This document shows, piece after piece, positions 43,494 through 56,204 of a stretch of 64,000 nucleotides of DNA (positions within the stretch are counted from its first letter, which is position 1; the number at the start of each line of letters is the position of its first letter). Source of the DNA: Octopus sinensis (taxonomy: Eukaryota); assembly GCF_006345805.1 (NCBI RefSeq), contig NC_043011.1, positions 22,642,464 through 22,706,463 of the forward strand, given 5' to 3'. The notes below the pieces were generated by a model. The model was not told the origin of the DNA. It saw only the letters and a program-made list of their open reading frames with translations, and searched no databases. Made by a program: the position numbers and the translations under genes.

Positions 43494-43958
43494 ATTTCTT
43501 TACTACCCACAAGGGGCTAAACACAGAAGGGACAAACAAGGACAGACAAACGGATTAAGTCGATTACATCGACCCCAGTGCGTAACTGGTACTTAATTTA
43601 TCGACCCCGAAAGGATGACAGGCAAAGTCGACCTCGGCGGAATTTGAACTCGGAACGTAACGACAGACGAAATACGGTTACGCATTTCGCCCGGCGTGCT
43701 AACGTTTCTGCCAGCTCGCCGCCTTGTAACAAGCGCAATATTCTTTTCTACTCTAGGCTCAAGGCTTGAAATTTTGGGGGAGGGGGGGGTAATCGATTAG
43801 ATCGACCCCAGTACACAACTGATACTTAATTTATTGACCCCAAAAGGATGAAAAGCAAAATTGGCCTCGGCAAAATTTGAACTCAGAACGTAAAGTCAGA
43901 CGAAATACTGCTAAGCATTTTGCCCGGCATACTAACGTTTCTGCCAGCTCGCCGCCTT
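43494..43958 (-). mobile_element. Two SINE family B copies
   Basis: ~43494-43724 and ~43750-43958. Confidence 0.8.
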
Positions 43959-44252
43959 CGGCGTTAGTCATACTGAAACACTAAACTCAATAGATTCGAT
44001 TCCAAGGTACGGCAACTTGAGTAGCATTTTCTAAACTGCTCATTGGACCAAAGCCGTGTGAGTAAAATCTGAAAGGCGAAACTGGTGTGGAAGTTCTTCA
44101 GGAAGACGAACTTCCACAGTTTCAAATTTTTGGTGCGGCTTCGTGGAGTTCGTCCTACTGTAAACATTCAAACCAGGTCTCTAGCTTGAAGTGTCATGAG
44201 TTTGACCAATGCCTTGTGAGTGGAATTTGAAAGACGGAAACTGCAGAATCCT

Positions 44253-44296
<44 letters not shown>

Positions 44297-45089
44297 GTGT
44301 GTGTGTGTGTGTGTGTGTTTGTTTGTGTGTGTGTGTGTGTGTGTGTGTTTGTTTGTGTGTGTGTGTTTGTTTATGTGTGTGTGTGTGTGTGTGTGTGTTT
44401 GTTTGTGTGTATGTGTATGTGCTTGTGTGTGTGTGGTGTGTGTGTGTGTATGTGTGTGTGTGTGTGCTTACGTCTACATCAGCTTAAAATTTAGATAGTG
44501 TCTCTTTATGACCTGTAACTTCCTGATATAAGCAGAGATCGAAATGGTGGACTAAAGCCTGTGCTCCAGCATGACCGCAGTCCAAATACCGAAAACCAGT
44601 AAAAAGACCATATGAAGAAAAAGAATCTTATTTATAATCAGAAACTGCGGGGCATAAGCCCACCCGGGTTGTTAACCTAACATATCAACCTGTTAAAAAC
44701 CGAGCCAAAGCAACTGCTTGTATGTAGGCACTTGACTTGCTAAAAAAGTAAAAAGCAAAAGGAAACAAAAAGCTGCCAAACTTTCTTCGAGACAACTGTA
44801 TAAAAAGGAAAGACGTTTTAACCAATGCCGTCTCAGAGAATAGAACCCACATCCTGGTGATCATTATTGAAGATAACTTGATAAGTATAGATTTGGGGCT
44901 AAACGACAATAATCAGATCTCGGAAACCTCTCCATCCATTTAACGTCTTTTCCCTACAAATAATAACCTGTAGATATTAACTATGGTTATCAATAAATTG
45001 ATCTCATCATTTTCAGGAAGCATGCAGAAGCAATGGGCTCTGTTTTACTTCTTGCTCACGCTGACCGTACTACAATAATTTAAGAATCA

Positions 45090-45465
45090 GCGCAGGAGTG
45101 GCTGTGTGGTAAGTAGCTTGCTTACCAACCACATGGTTCCGGGTTCAGTCCCACTGCGTGGCATCTTGGGCAAGTGTCTTCTTCTATAGCCTCGGGCCGA
45201 CCAAAGCCTTGTGAGTGGATTTGGTAGACGGAAACTGAAAGAAGCCCGTCGTATATATGTATATATATGTATATATGTGCGTGTGTGTGTTTGTGTGTCT
45301 GTGTTTGTCCCCCTAGCTGGTGTGTTTATGTCCCCGTTACTTAGCGGTTCGGCAGAAGAGACCGATAGAATAAGTACTGGGCTTACAAAGAATAAGTTCC
45401 GGGGTCGAGTTGCTCGACTAAAGGCGGTGCTCCAGCATGGCCGCAGTCAAATGACTGAAACAAAT
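45090..45465 (+). mobile_element. SINE family A
   Basis: Same consensus. Confidence 0.85.
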
Positions 45466-45841
45466 AAAAAAAAAAAAATACCGTTGCAATGCATCGTTCG
45501 ATTCTGTTGGAAATTGCAGCGAAATCGCTCAAAAATTACACTCTACAGTCCTAAAAGATATATAGAACACGTTGGATATTGCAGTCCTAGAAACACTGTT
45601 TCTGAAAATCAAAATTTTAAAAGAACCAAAAAAAAAACAAATGTTGAATAAAATTATGTTTGAAATGTCTTGTCTCGTAGTTCTGTTGAAGTATGAAAGG
45701 ACGACTTGTTTCAAAGGGAAAATACTCGTCTATAAATATATGTGATCAATTAGAGTAAGCTCCCTTACTTAAACGTACGTTAAATGTTTAAATAATTTAC
45801 GTTGAGTTAATTGTTGAACGAAAATAACAAATAAATAAGTA

Positions 45842-46043
45842 AAGGCGACGAGCTGGCAGAATCGTTAGCACGCCGGGCGAAATGCTTAGCTATGTTCTGA
45901 GTTCAAATTCCGCCGAGGTCGACTTTGCCTTTCATCCGTTCGGGGTCGATTAAATAAGTACCAGTTACACACTGGGGTCGATGTAATCGACTTAATCCGT
46001 TTGTCCTCTCTGTGTTTAGCCCCTTGTGGGTAGTAAAGAAATA
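45842..46043 (+). mobile_element. SINE family B
   Basis: AGGCGACGAGCTGGCAGAATCGTTAGC head ... AAAGAAATAG tail. Confidence 0.82.
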
Positions 46044-46191
46044 GGTTTTCTTCGTGTGTTTCAACAGTGGCTCCACGGCAGTTTTTATATACCGCCCTAG
46101 GCTGTTTTCCGCTGCTTCGATACAGTCCTGGCAACTGATTAAACCTCTCCAACCATTATTATTATTACTATCATTATTATTATTGTTATTA

Positions 46192-46283
<92 letters not shown>

Positions 46284-47101
46284 TTTTCTTCTTTCAAATT
46301 TGCTTCCATTTCTTTCCGGGTGTCTGCCCGACACTTGGGGTAAAAAAAGACTAATTGTATGCATTGATAAACCATTAAACTAAACATACCAGTTTGTTCA
46401 TTTTCAAAATGAAATGAAGTTCTGTGGAAAAAAAAATAATTAAAATACATGGGTGGTAATCGTTCTCACATCGATACCGCATGGCCCTCTTCTTAATTTT
46501 ACAAATGTAATCCAGAGGAATCAAATTTGGTTCCAGTTTCGCTGAAATTTGAATAGAGTTTAATATCTTGTTCAGACGCAAAAGCAAATGTTGCAATGAG
46601 ATATTCAGGATTATTTTACTGTAACATTTAGCGAGACGTTCATATAAAATTAATGTCAGAGGCATTGAAAAGAGTCATGATCGCTGTTCTCTCCGCTCTG
46701 ACTAAAACAAAAAAATGACATAAATATCCTTGAAATGAAACTTATCAGTATAAGACTGGCTGTTTGCGACCTTTAATACAGTTTTGAAGTAACAGTTATA
46801 AACTATATAAACTTTTTAAAGCGTACAGAAAGTGTATAACATATTTGTTTTATATAGTTTTTATTCAAATAATTATATTTCAGAAATTTGAAGAAAGAAA
46901 TTAAATACAAGACAGAATTTTCAATAAATATTTGTTAACAGTGTTCAGTAAAATTAACCGACTACAATATTTATCGCTTTTTCCAATTATGAACCTTTTG
47001 ACATACAGTATCTTAGCAACACGTCGACCATAAATTAAAGACTGAATAGCTAAAAGTGCCTAAATCACCTAGATATTCATATAACTTAAGCACTTAGAAA
47101 A

Positions 47102-47927
47102 CTTTTGACCGGCAGATTTAGAAAATAATGTTTTGTAACTAAGCACTTTCAAACTTCAGACACTGGTAGAATGTGTCATATAAAACATCTTTTACTCTTA
47201 GCGTTTTTGAGAAAACTTTATATTTAAGAAGTTATCTTGTGTTAAAGTTGTCGTATTTCGGTTAATTTCAACCAATCAATGACGTGTATTCAGCTGAAAA
47301 AAATTACTGCTGTTGTTTGTCAACAAACACTTCCAGCGGTGTATATTTCGTTTGTCACAGTTATTTATGACATATTTCATCGCAGTTATGTTTGTATGAA
47401 TAAACGAGTGTATCTGAAGCATGTTTACTTCATGGCACGTTCGTGCATTTCTACTGCTTTTAGGTTTTTTTCCCCTATTTTTAGCTACTATTTTCGGAAA
47501 GACTTTCCCTTTACCCCTACCCCTCCAATTTCTTCATTTTTCATTTTTTTCCGTAACTCTAACCCTAAAACACCAACCTTAACCCTAACCCTAAAACCTT
47601 AACCCTAACCCTGTCCCTAAAACCTTCAAGATAAAACCAGTACAAACGCATGAACGATGTCATAAATAACAGCGACAAACGAAATATACACCGCCAATAG
47701 TTGTTGTTGACAAACAACAGCAGTAATTTTATTCAGCTGAATACACGTCATTGATTGGTTGAAATTACCGAAATACGACAACTTTAACACGAAATAACTT
47801 CGTAAATATAAAGTTTTCTCAAAAACGCTAAAAGTAAAAAATGTTTTATATGACACATTCTACCAGTATACGAAGTTTGAAAGTGTTTAGTTACAAAACA
47901 TTATTTTCTAAATCTGCCGGTCAAAAG
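47102..47927. mobile_element. Fold-back DNA element with ~290-bp TIRs and internal AACCCT(A) repeats
   Basis: CTTTTGACCGGCAGATTTAGAAAATAATG / CATTATTTTCTAAATCTGCCGGTCAAAAG; arms pair throughout. Confidence 0.8.
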
Positions 47928-47959
47928 GTAAAGAGCCAGCTAAGGTAGTAAATTGTTCT

Positions 47960-47965
47960 TTTATT
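47960..47965 (-). promoter_or_regulatory. Candidate polyadenylation signal AATAAA
   Basis: AATAAA on minus strand ~95 nt after the stop codon; AT-rich context makes it weak. Confidence 0.35.
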
Positions 47966-48060
47966 TCTATCTTATTTTTCTATCAAGCAAAATATATCGA
48001 AATAAACCTGTCATTGGCATTAAATTGATACACATTATTTTCGAAGGCAATTATAAGAAA

Positions 48061-49236
48061 CTACAGCTCAGTCCTTTGCTTAAAGAATACTGGACGTTCA
48101 GGATGAGCCGATGTATTTAACCTGTCTGATACCTCTTTATCACTACTGTTAACAAAAGCAAGTGAGTAAGTATTATCTGTCTTTCCAGTGGCATTGATCA
48201 AATCATCTTTCCGGTTAGTGTTTTCGCTTCCGCGCTCCAAGTCAGACAGGTTATTACTCTTGGAGGAAAAATTAAAAAGGGGTACAATTTTCTTCTTGTT
48301 ACTAGTTGTCGATTCTTCTTCAAAAGGCAGCTGGCTTGTCACTGCCCTCTGTTCATCTCCAGCCTGTCTCTGATTCGGTGTATTATCAACGGTAAATTTT
48401 TTATATTGGTTTACATTTACTTCTAAGGTCGTTCGAAAGGTGTCGAGCGGGTTTTTGAATTCAGCCGAACTATCTGTTTCTTTGTTCTTTGTTTGGTTCA
48501 ACGTCCTCTCAGTTAATCCTAAATGCTGTCCTCTGTTCAGAATGTGTGTGTTAATTTGACTTTGAAGCTGGCGGCGTTTACGTGATTTCAGTGACGTTAA
48601 TGGTTCATCATCGTCCGAGATTGGTTCTGTGGAGGCTTCTCCTTCGTCTACATTGCTCCCATAAGGCTCAGTTTCAGGAATGTTTATTGCCATCTGGGAA
48701 CCTTGAAGGTTTACGTCCTCGAGCTTTTGATTCTGATTTTCTGCATCTGATAAAATACGGTCTAGGTTATCAACTAAACCTTTTATTTGGGGGTTGTTGT
48801 TAGTTTTGGTGTTTTCTGATTCAGGTTTTGGCTCAGACCATTTTTCTAAAATATTTGTTGATTTACCAAAATTATTTTGTGCATCGTTTCCAATATTTTC
48901 TACATTCCGATCCTTTGAACTGTGATCACCATCATCACTATCATCAAAAGCATCGTTAATATGTCCTTCCAGTTCTAAGCTTACCGAACCAGGATTTGAT
49001 CTACGAATATATACACCACTGTCCAAAGTTTCACTTGTACTTTGCATTGAATCCCGGTGTGATGCTGTCTTATTCCTAAACTGGGCTTGGATTCGCTCAA
49101 ATATTTCCTCAACGCGAGACTTCGGCTCGAGTCCAATACGGAAAAATCCGATCTTACCTTCGTCAATTTTTCGGCAGTCGACCACAGTTGAAGCAGAGTT
49201 TGCAAAGGAGGGCCCATCACATAAAATTCCATCGCA
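48061..49236 (-). CDS. Terminal exon: end of YrdC domain (CDGILCDG...STVVD...FRIG) plus ~340-aa low-complexity tail ending QRTEL*
   Basis: CAG acceptor 49239-49237, phase 0; 1176 nt to TAG stop; DG, STVVD and RxG motifs of YrdC. Confidence 0.9.
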   Translation of the reverse strand, partial: CDGILCDGPSFANSASTVVDCRKIDEGKIGFFRIGLEPKSRVEEIFERIQAQFRNKTASHRDSMQSTSETLDSGVYIRRSNPGSVSLELEGHINDAFDDSDDGDHSSKDRNVENIGNDAQNNFGKSTNILEKWSEPKPESENTKTNNNPQIKGLVDNLDRILSDAENQNQKLEDVNLQGSQMAINIPETEPYGSNVDEGEASTEPISDDDEPLTSLKSRKRRQLQSQINTHILNRGQHLGLTERTLNQTKNKETDSSAEFKNPLDTFRTTLEVNVNQYKKFTVDNTPNQRQAGDEQRAVTSQLPFEEESTTSNKKKIVPLFNFSSKSNNLSDLERGSENTNRKDDLINATGKTDNTYSLAFVNSSDKEVSDRLNTSAHPERPVFFKQRTEL

Positions 49237-49613
49237 CTGAATAGAAAATAAAATCAATGTTCAATCAACTATAAAATATTCATAAAAATAGCTTTCAGAC
49301 ATATTAGTGCACAATAAAGAAAGCTAGGGGAACTGAGATATAAATACGAATTTTTTCTTTTTCATTTTTCTTTGCTTTTTCTATTTTGTGTGGGTGAAAG
49401 TACGTCGGTGATGCAAGTGAAAACGACGCACATCAAAATAGGATTACAAAACTAGCGTCCGAAATGGCGAAAGTGGAACAGAGAGAGTCTGTCTAAATGG
49501 TGAGTGTAAAACAATATGATAGAAGTTGAGTTTGTGAAAATAAAATAAAACGAACAGGTCTAAGGGACATAACTCATTAAACCTTTCTGAAATCATTTGA
49601 AGTTATCAACTCC

Positions 49614-49645
<32 letters not shown>

Positions 49646-50378
49646 TGTATGTATGTATGTATGTATGTATGTATGTATGTATGTATGTATGTATGTATGT
49701 ACGTACGTACGTACGTACGTACGTACGTATGTATGCATGCATGTATGTATGTATGTATGTATGTATGTATGTATGTATGTATGTATGTATGTATGTGTGT
49801 GTGTGTGCATGAGTGTATGCGTGCGCGTGTGTCTATGTGTATCTGTAAAGCATGCGCGCTCCCACATACACATATATATATATACATATATGTATATACA
49901 TATATGTATATACATATATAATTAAATACACTAATATGTGAACGTATGCGTATATAAAGAACGTTTACAAACTAATAAATAAATTAATTAACAATAAAAC
50001 TGAAATGAAATACAATCAGTGAGTGTGCGTTTATTAATTACATAAGCGGAGAATACGAATCAGCTTGGATTGTTCTGTTTTTGGAGAACCTCTACATTTC
50101 TAAGTTTCCACGTAGATCTTTTATAACGTAGCCTATGATAATACGAACAAATGAAAATCTACAGCCTGGACATCAAAGCTGTACGTATTTCATCAGTTTT
50201 GCATAGACGTACGCCTCACATCCGTTGGGCAGCTGATCTCTACAACGGTACACACTTTTTACTTTCTGTCTAATACAACTCTATCAGATTTTCAACTAGA
50301 TTTTCAATAATATTTCTTGAGTGATCGATCAATGTTAAGAAAATAAATCCACTAAGGGAGTTGATGCATCCAACTTAC

Positions 50379-50584
50379 ATTTTTCAGGCCCAACTTGGCA
50401 ATAACCTGCAGATGGTGCGTAGTGTCTGCTTCACCAGTAGGATTAGCAGACGACGTTGATACGGGACCCGTGTGATCGATTAAGAATGACGTCACCATAT
50501 TATCGGGCATGCGTACTGCGATGCTGTCAGGTCTACCAATGTATTTGCCGGCATATCCAACACCCAAGCTGTCTAACCATGGTC
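50379..50584 (-). CDS. Exon: YrdC domain (GPWLDSLG...SIAVRMPD...GPVSTSSANPTG...LGLKN)
   Basis: TAG acceptor, GTAAGT donor, 206 nt, phase 1/0; IAVRxP and TSSAN motifs. Confidence 0.92.
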
Positions 50585-50816
50585 CTAGAGAAGAAATAAA
50601 AGAATAATATTGATATTTTGTTTTGTTTTTCTTTTTTATTATTCTAACAGAAATTTTACAATTTTGTCACGAAATAATATCAAACAACAAGTAAACTCCT
50701 ATTAAGTCGCTTAATCCACAAGAAATAGCACTCAGAGTATCTCAAATTCTATTTTAATATCTTAAAACAGAGGAGACCCATTGGACAATGTAGTCCTTGA
50801 TATATAAATAGACAAG

Positions 50817-51405
50817 AAGGCGGTGAGCTGGCAGAATCGTTAGCACGACGGGCGAAATGCTCAGCGGTATTTCGTCTGAGTTCAAATTCCGCCGAAGTCC
50901 ACTTTGCCTTTCATTCTTTCGGGGTCGATAAATTAAGTACCAGTTACGCACTGGGGTCGATGTAATCGACTTAATACCTATGTCTGTCCTTGTTTGTCCC
51001 CTCTATGTTTAGCCCCTTGTGGGTAATAAAGAAATAGGTATTTCGCCTGCCGCTACGTTCTGAGTTCAAATTCTGCCGAAGTCGACTTTGCCTTTCATCC
51101 TTTCGGGGTTGATAAATTAAGTACCAGTTATGCACTGGGTCGATGTAATCGACTTAATCCGTTTGTCTGTCCTTGTTTGTCTCCTCTGTGTTTAGCCCCT
51201 TGTGGGTAATAAAGAAATAGGTATTTCGTCTGCCGCTACGTTCTGAGTTCAAATTCCGCCGAAGTCCACTTTGCCTTTCATTCTTTCGGGGTCAATAAAT
51301 TAAGTACCAGTTTCACACTGGGATCAGTGTAATTGACTTTATCCCTTTGTCTGTCCTTGTTTGTCCCCTCTGTATTTAGCCCCCTGTGGGCAATAAAGAA
51401 ATAAG
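50817..51405 (+). mobile_element. Head-to-tail trimer of SINE family B (intronic)
   Basis: One head followed by three ~185-bp bodies joined at AAAGAAATAGG/TATTTCG. Confidence 0.82.
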
Positions 51406-51557
51406 GTAGTCAACGATGGAATTTTTTTTATTGTAATCTACACAAGTCTAGTTGACATGAGGTTAAACAGCAACATAAACATATGATTGGAAACCTTTAG
51501 TCAATGACGCTATTGCCAGTAATAAGCATGAAAAATATGTGTAAATATTAAACTAAC

Positions 51558-51717
51558 CTTTGTTTACTACACAGGATATCGTAGACGGCCATACGGCATT
51601 CATGAAGGCCCACAGCATCTCACCGAATTGCTCTCGTCCAGCGGCCAGTTGGTTTACATTGGATATCCACATAGACATTGGTCTGTCTTCAGCTAGTTTC
51701 TTAGTTAAGTATGCTCT
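51558..51717 (-). CDS. Exon: YrdC domain (RAYLTKKLAEDRPMSMW...AVWPSTISCVVNK)
   Basis: TAG acceptor, GTTAGT donor, 160 nt, phase 0/1; aligns with YrdC K.R...P and WPGPLTL.L segments. Confidence 0.9.
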
Positions 51718-53123
51718 CTAGACCCAATAAAGGTAGACAAACAAAATATAATTATTCAATAGCTAACAAAAGAAGCCAAAATTTCTTCAAAGCAAGATCT
51801 CTTTTTATTAACAACATAGACGGTATATCAAATAACATACAAAATTTCTGGTTTATTAAAATTACCTCTGCCACTAGAGGATGTATCATGATTATCAAAT
51901 AGCAATTTAGACCAGATCTATGTAAGGGGAGATAATCCAATTCCAAGAATAAAGAATTTTCCAGAATTGGTATATCACGAGAGGAAAGGACAAACTTAGA
52001 GTCTAGTGATAAGAGGACAGTTGTTAAACGTGTTTCTACCTTAATATGTGTCACCAGTACGGCAATTGTCCAGCCTTATCTTCAGTAGCCATGGGACTTA
52101 GACTTATAAACAAACACTAGAATCAAGAATTCTCCTTTAAAGAAAATAGCACGGTCTCTATTGCAATATGTACACCATCATACTTTGTGTACAGATAATT
52201 TATATCAACGTCTTTATACCATTTATTTAATCAATGTCTTTCTTATACCATTTTTATCACTAAGGTTTTGATTATAACATTTACATTATCAAAGTCACAG
52301 TTATAACATTTATATCATTATCAGTGAATCTTATAAAACATTTTATATAAAATTTATATCATTAAGGTCTCTATAACACCACTTGTACCATCAAAGTATT
52401 TAATATAACATTTATATCATAATTTTTTCTATTATGTATATCATTAATGCTATGATAGGATTTTTTTATCAATTTGTCTCATTAAAATCTTTGAAATAAA
52501 ATTTCTAAGATAACTTTTATATCATCATGATTTATCCTATATACTTTACGTGAAGTGAAATATTTCAAGTCTTGGTACAAGGCCAGCAATTTTAGCAGAT
52601 GGGTGTTAGTCGATCACATCGACTCCAGGACTCGAGTTGTATTATATTTTATCGAGCCAGAAAGGATAAAAGGTAAAGTTGACCTAGGCGGTATTTGAAT
52701 TCAGAACGTAAAGAGTCAAAAAGTGTGATATTTAACGTTATGTTTGATGCGCTAACGATTCCGCTAGTTCTCTACCGTCATAAGACGAAATATAGGTTTC
52801 AAATTTTGGCATAAGGTTAACAATTTTTGGGGAAAGGGTTAAGTCTATTACATCGAACCCGAAAGGATAAAAGGCAAAGTCGAACATCAGAACGTAAAAA
52901 AACGGACGAATTGCCGCAAAGCATTTTGTCCAGTGCGGTAACGATTCTGCCAGTTTGTCACCGTCATTAGAAGAAATGTTACAAAAAAAAAAAAAGACTA
53001 ATATATTGAATCATAGTAGATTATCTACTCTTGTAGTAATTGTGTAATGCTGCCATTTATACACGATACACATTTTTAAGACAGTTTAGGTAATAATAAT
53101 AGTAATAATAATAATAATAATAA

Positions 53124-53510
53124 TGTCCCTTAGTGGCTGACGATATGTGCATCTCTGATCACGAGCAGAAGTAGTGGGAGAGCATCATAGCCATATGTTG
53201 AGAGGGATTCTTTGGGGTTTGAATAATTCACCTCTGGAAACATGGGTGGTTCTTTCAACATCCTTAAACAACCCTTATTCTGGGACCGTTTGAGCGGGAT
53301 GGGCTACTCAACCTGAAGAAAATTCTAACTGGGCCCCACCTGCAAGGTCATGCGCTGTTTACCTTGATATGAGATCACCATGTCGCGCACATATGGTTGT
53401 GATGCATGTGCCTGGTGTACCCTTATCAGACGGGTAGTCATGATGGGTATACTGGGCTTCGTATATTTTACCCCAGTGTCACTTTGATGGCATGAACTGC
53501 TCTCTCACTC
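53124..53510 (+). mobile_element. Non-coding retroelement 3' fragment inserted in (TAA)n
   Basis: Complex-sequence block flanked by (TAA)n on both sides; consistent with Dong/R4-like targeting (inference). Confidence 0.5.
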
Positions 53511-53603
<93 letters not shown>

Positions 53604-53639
53604 AAGAAAATTAATTATAATAATAATAATAATAATAAC

Positions 53640-53675
<36 letters not shown>

Positions 53676-54139
53676 CCCCCCCCACACACACACACAAAAT
53701 TAAAACGCGTATTATACTTCGCAACAAATTTATTCATGAACTTTTATGGTATTTCAATATGGTATATGTTGAAGCAGTGTTCTTCAATCATTTTGCTCTT
53801 GGGAACACTTGAAATAAATACTATATTTCAAGGAACTCTTGACATGAAAAAATATTATACATATTTATTAATCTTTTTCTTTCTTTTTCATAGAATAAAA
53901 CTTTATAAGAAATTCTGAAAAATCATAGGACTGTCTTTGAAGGATTTGGCAATGCTAAATCCATTAGATGCTACAAAAAGTGTATAAGGAATTTCGTCTT
54001 AACAAGACGTTGTTTGAACCAAATTCCCATACGGTTTCCTATTAAACGCTCATTTTTCCGCAGGACCTCCCTATTACTTACAGGTGCAAGTATTTCGAAT
54101 ACGCTATGCGTGAATAATTGTTTCTAATCTAATAATAAT

Positions 54140-54588
54140 TGCTGTGGAAAGCGCAGGTAGGCATGCCAGATTGCTCGAATGCCTGACACACGACTACCCA
54201 AAAGACTGTTTTGCAGTGAATTGACAAAAAGCAAGCGCACACGAAGTGAGCAGAAAAGACGCTTGAAAGATACACTCAAAGCCTCACTGAAGTGCTTTCA
54301 GATCAATCCCTGGGAAATGCAAGCACAGGACCGCCCTGCCTGGTGTAGCTGCACCAACAGAAGTGCCACCTTCTACGAACTGAACTGGCTCGCAGGAGAC
54401 CCAGAAAAGCTTGAGTGGCGCAAGTCCAGAGCCAACTCCTTGCCTTCATTCCCAGCAGACCACCATTGCCCGTCCTGCGGCAGAACTTTCCGAGCACACA
54501 TTGTTCTGATCGGCTACGGCCGGATGCACCGTGATCCATCTTCTCTCATGTGATGCCCTTGGTCAACGTCGAAACGACGGACGAACAT
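54140..54588 (+). mobile_element. RTE-clade LINE 3' end
   Basis: MPDTRLPKRLF.SEL...KRRLKDTLKASLK...CPSCGRTFRAHIVLIGY. Confidence 0.8.
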
Positions 54589-54590
54589 TA

Positions 54591-55083
54591 CCCTAAATCC
54601 TCGAGTATAATCAGCGTTTTTTTCCCAAACTTTAAAGGTCAAAATCCCTAGTGCGTACTATATACGAGGTTAAAAATGAAAAATATTTTCTAAGCAATGT
54701 CTGAGTTTGTCCGGCAATGTTTATTCAGACGCGAAAATATCTTAAGCTAAGCCTAAAAGCAATGACGTCATAAAAGAATCATCCATAACTTGCAGTAAGC
54801 AACATTTATAAAAATAAAAGTATTAAGAACACAGAATAACATATAACAAAAACAATTTGCAAACATATTTACATTCCCATATAACAGTTAAGAACATCAC
54901 CATTATTGTAGTACGCATGCGCGGAAGTGTTTGTTCGACTAGGTGCTGCTGGCTTAATTACGTACGACTCAAGTTAGAAAAGGGGTGCGTATTATACACA
55001 TGGTTTAGGTTTTTCAGAGGTACAACCCCCTAAAAATCCCCTGCGTATTATACTCAAGGGCGGACAAACTCGAGGATTTACGG
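54591..55083. mobile_element. Tc1/pogo-type MITE
   Basis: CCCTAAATCCTCGAGT / ACTCGAGGATTTACGG TIRs flanked by TA. Confidence 0.75.
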
Positions 55084-55144
55084 TACATAATTATTGCTAT
55101 ATGCATACAGTGAAACAATCTATTTAATGTAACAATCAACTTAC

Positions 55145-55233
55145 TTCCACTGATTCAGGGAATTTTACTGCAGCCGCCAATACATAAACAGTGTCTGTTG
55201 GAATACCGACGATCCCTCCTCGGTTCATGATGT
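55145..55233 (-). CDS. Exon: N-terminal part of YrdC/Sua5 domain (DIMNRGGIVGIPTDTVYVLAAAVKFPESVE)
   Basis: CAG acceptor 55236-55234, GTAAGT donor from 55144; 89 nt; phase fits upstream exon; GGIV.IPTDTVY.L is the YrdC signature. Confidence 0.92.
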
Positions 55234-56154
55234 CTGAAAAAATGTGGTGAAACGTCGTTTTCAATTTATTTGATACAACAAAGAACAATACTGTTTTGTT
55301 TAGTTTTTATCCAAATGTTATTAATCACCAGTTTAATTATGCTAGTTTTGATGTTTAGCTCCCGATCAGGCCAGGTCTTTTGTTTACTTATTTATTTTTT
55401 ACGGTTTTTTTTTTTTTTACTTTCTTCTTCAGATAGTGTATCTAGAACAATATAGGTAATGTAAATACTAGGATGTGATTTGGAGAAGATTTGACTGCTA
55501 TTTTTAACAGCTCGAGTGACCACGCAGACAGAACTATAATCATCCCCGTGAAGAAATTTCAGGTTGCGTAGGGAAAATTCAGAGAATTTTGTGGGGAAAA
55601 TTGCTATTAGGCTGAAAAATCATTTACCATTGTTTGCAATATTTTTTTTATTAAACATATTTTACTTATGTTAATTTTAAGGACGATAATATTAAATCAA
55701 TATAAAGCGGTTAATATTGTGCAATAAATTGCATTTATACCGGACGATTTTTTTTTTTTATGTAGTGATGGAGAATTAGGAAATAGGTGATGCTGAACAG
55801 GTAAAAGGTGCAAATACAGAAAAATGAAACGGTTATGAAACATTCCTTCCATATTTCAAAGATGAACTGTTTTGCCTACCCATGCCCCATGCGGTTCCAT
55901 GGCCTGAGCCAATGAGTAATGGAGGTATAGCCGTATGTCAGCTCTGATCAAGCAGACCTTTAGGACCAACTGCAAAGGTTGAGAAGATTCGAAACCGAAA
56001 CCACATTTTTTTTTCATTGTCAGATGGATTTCCGGTCTTTCGTTTCCGACTCCCTGTTCTTGGATGATTTGACCTCGGAGACCTTCTGTGGTCGTGGAAA
56101 GGTTAATCCTTTGTTTTAGGATTGACCTACTTTAGTTGCCAAACTATATATATA

Positions 56155-56203
<49 letters not shown>

Positions 56204-56204
<1 letters not shown>

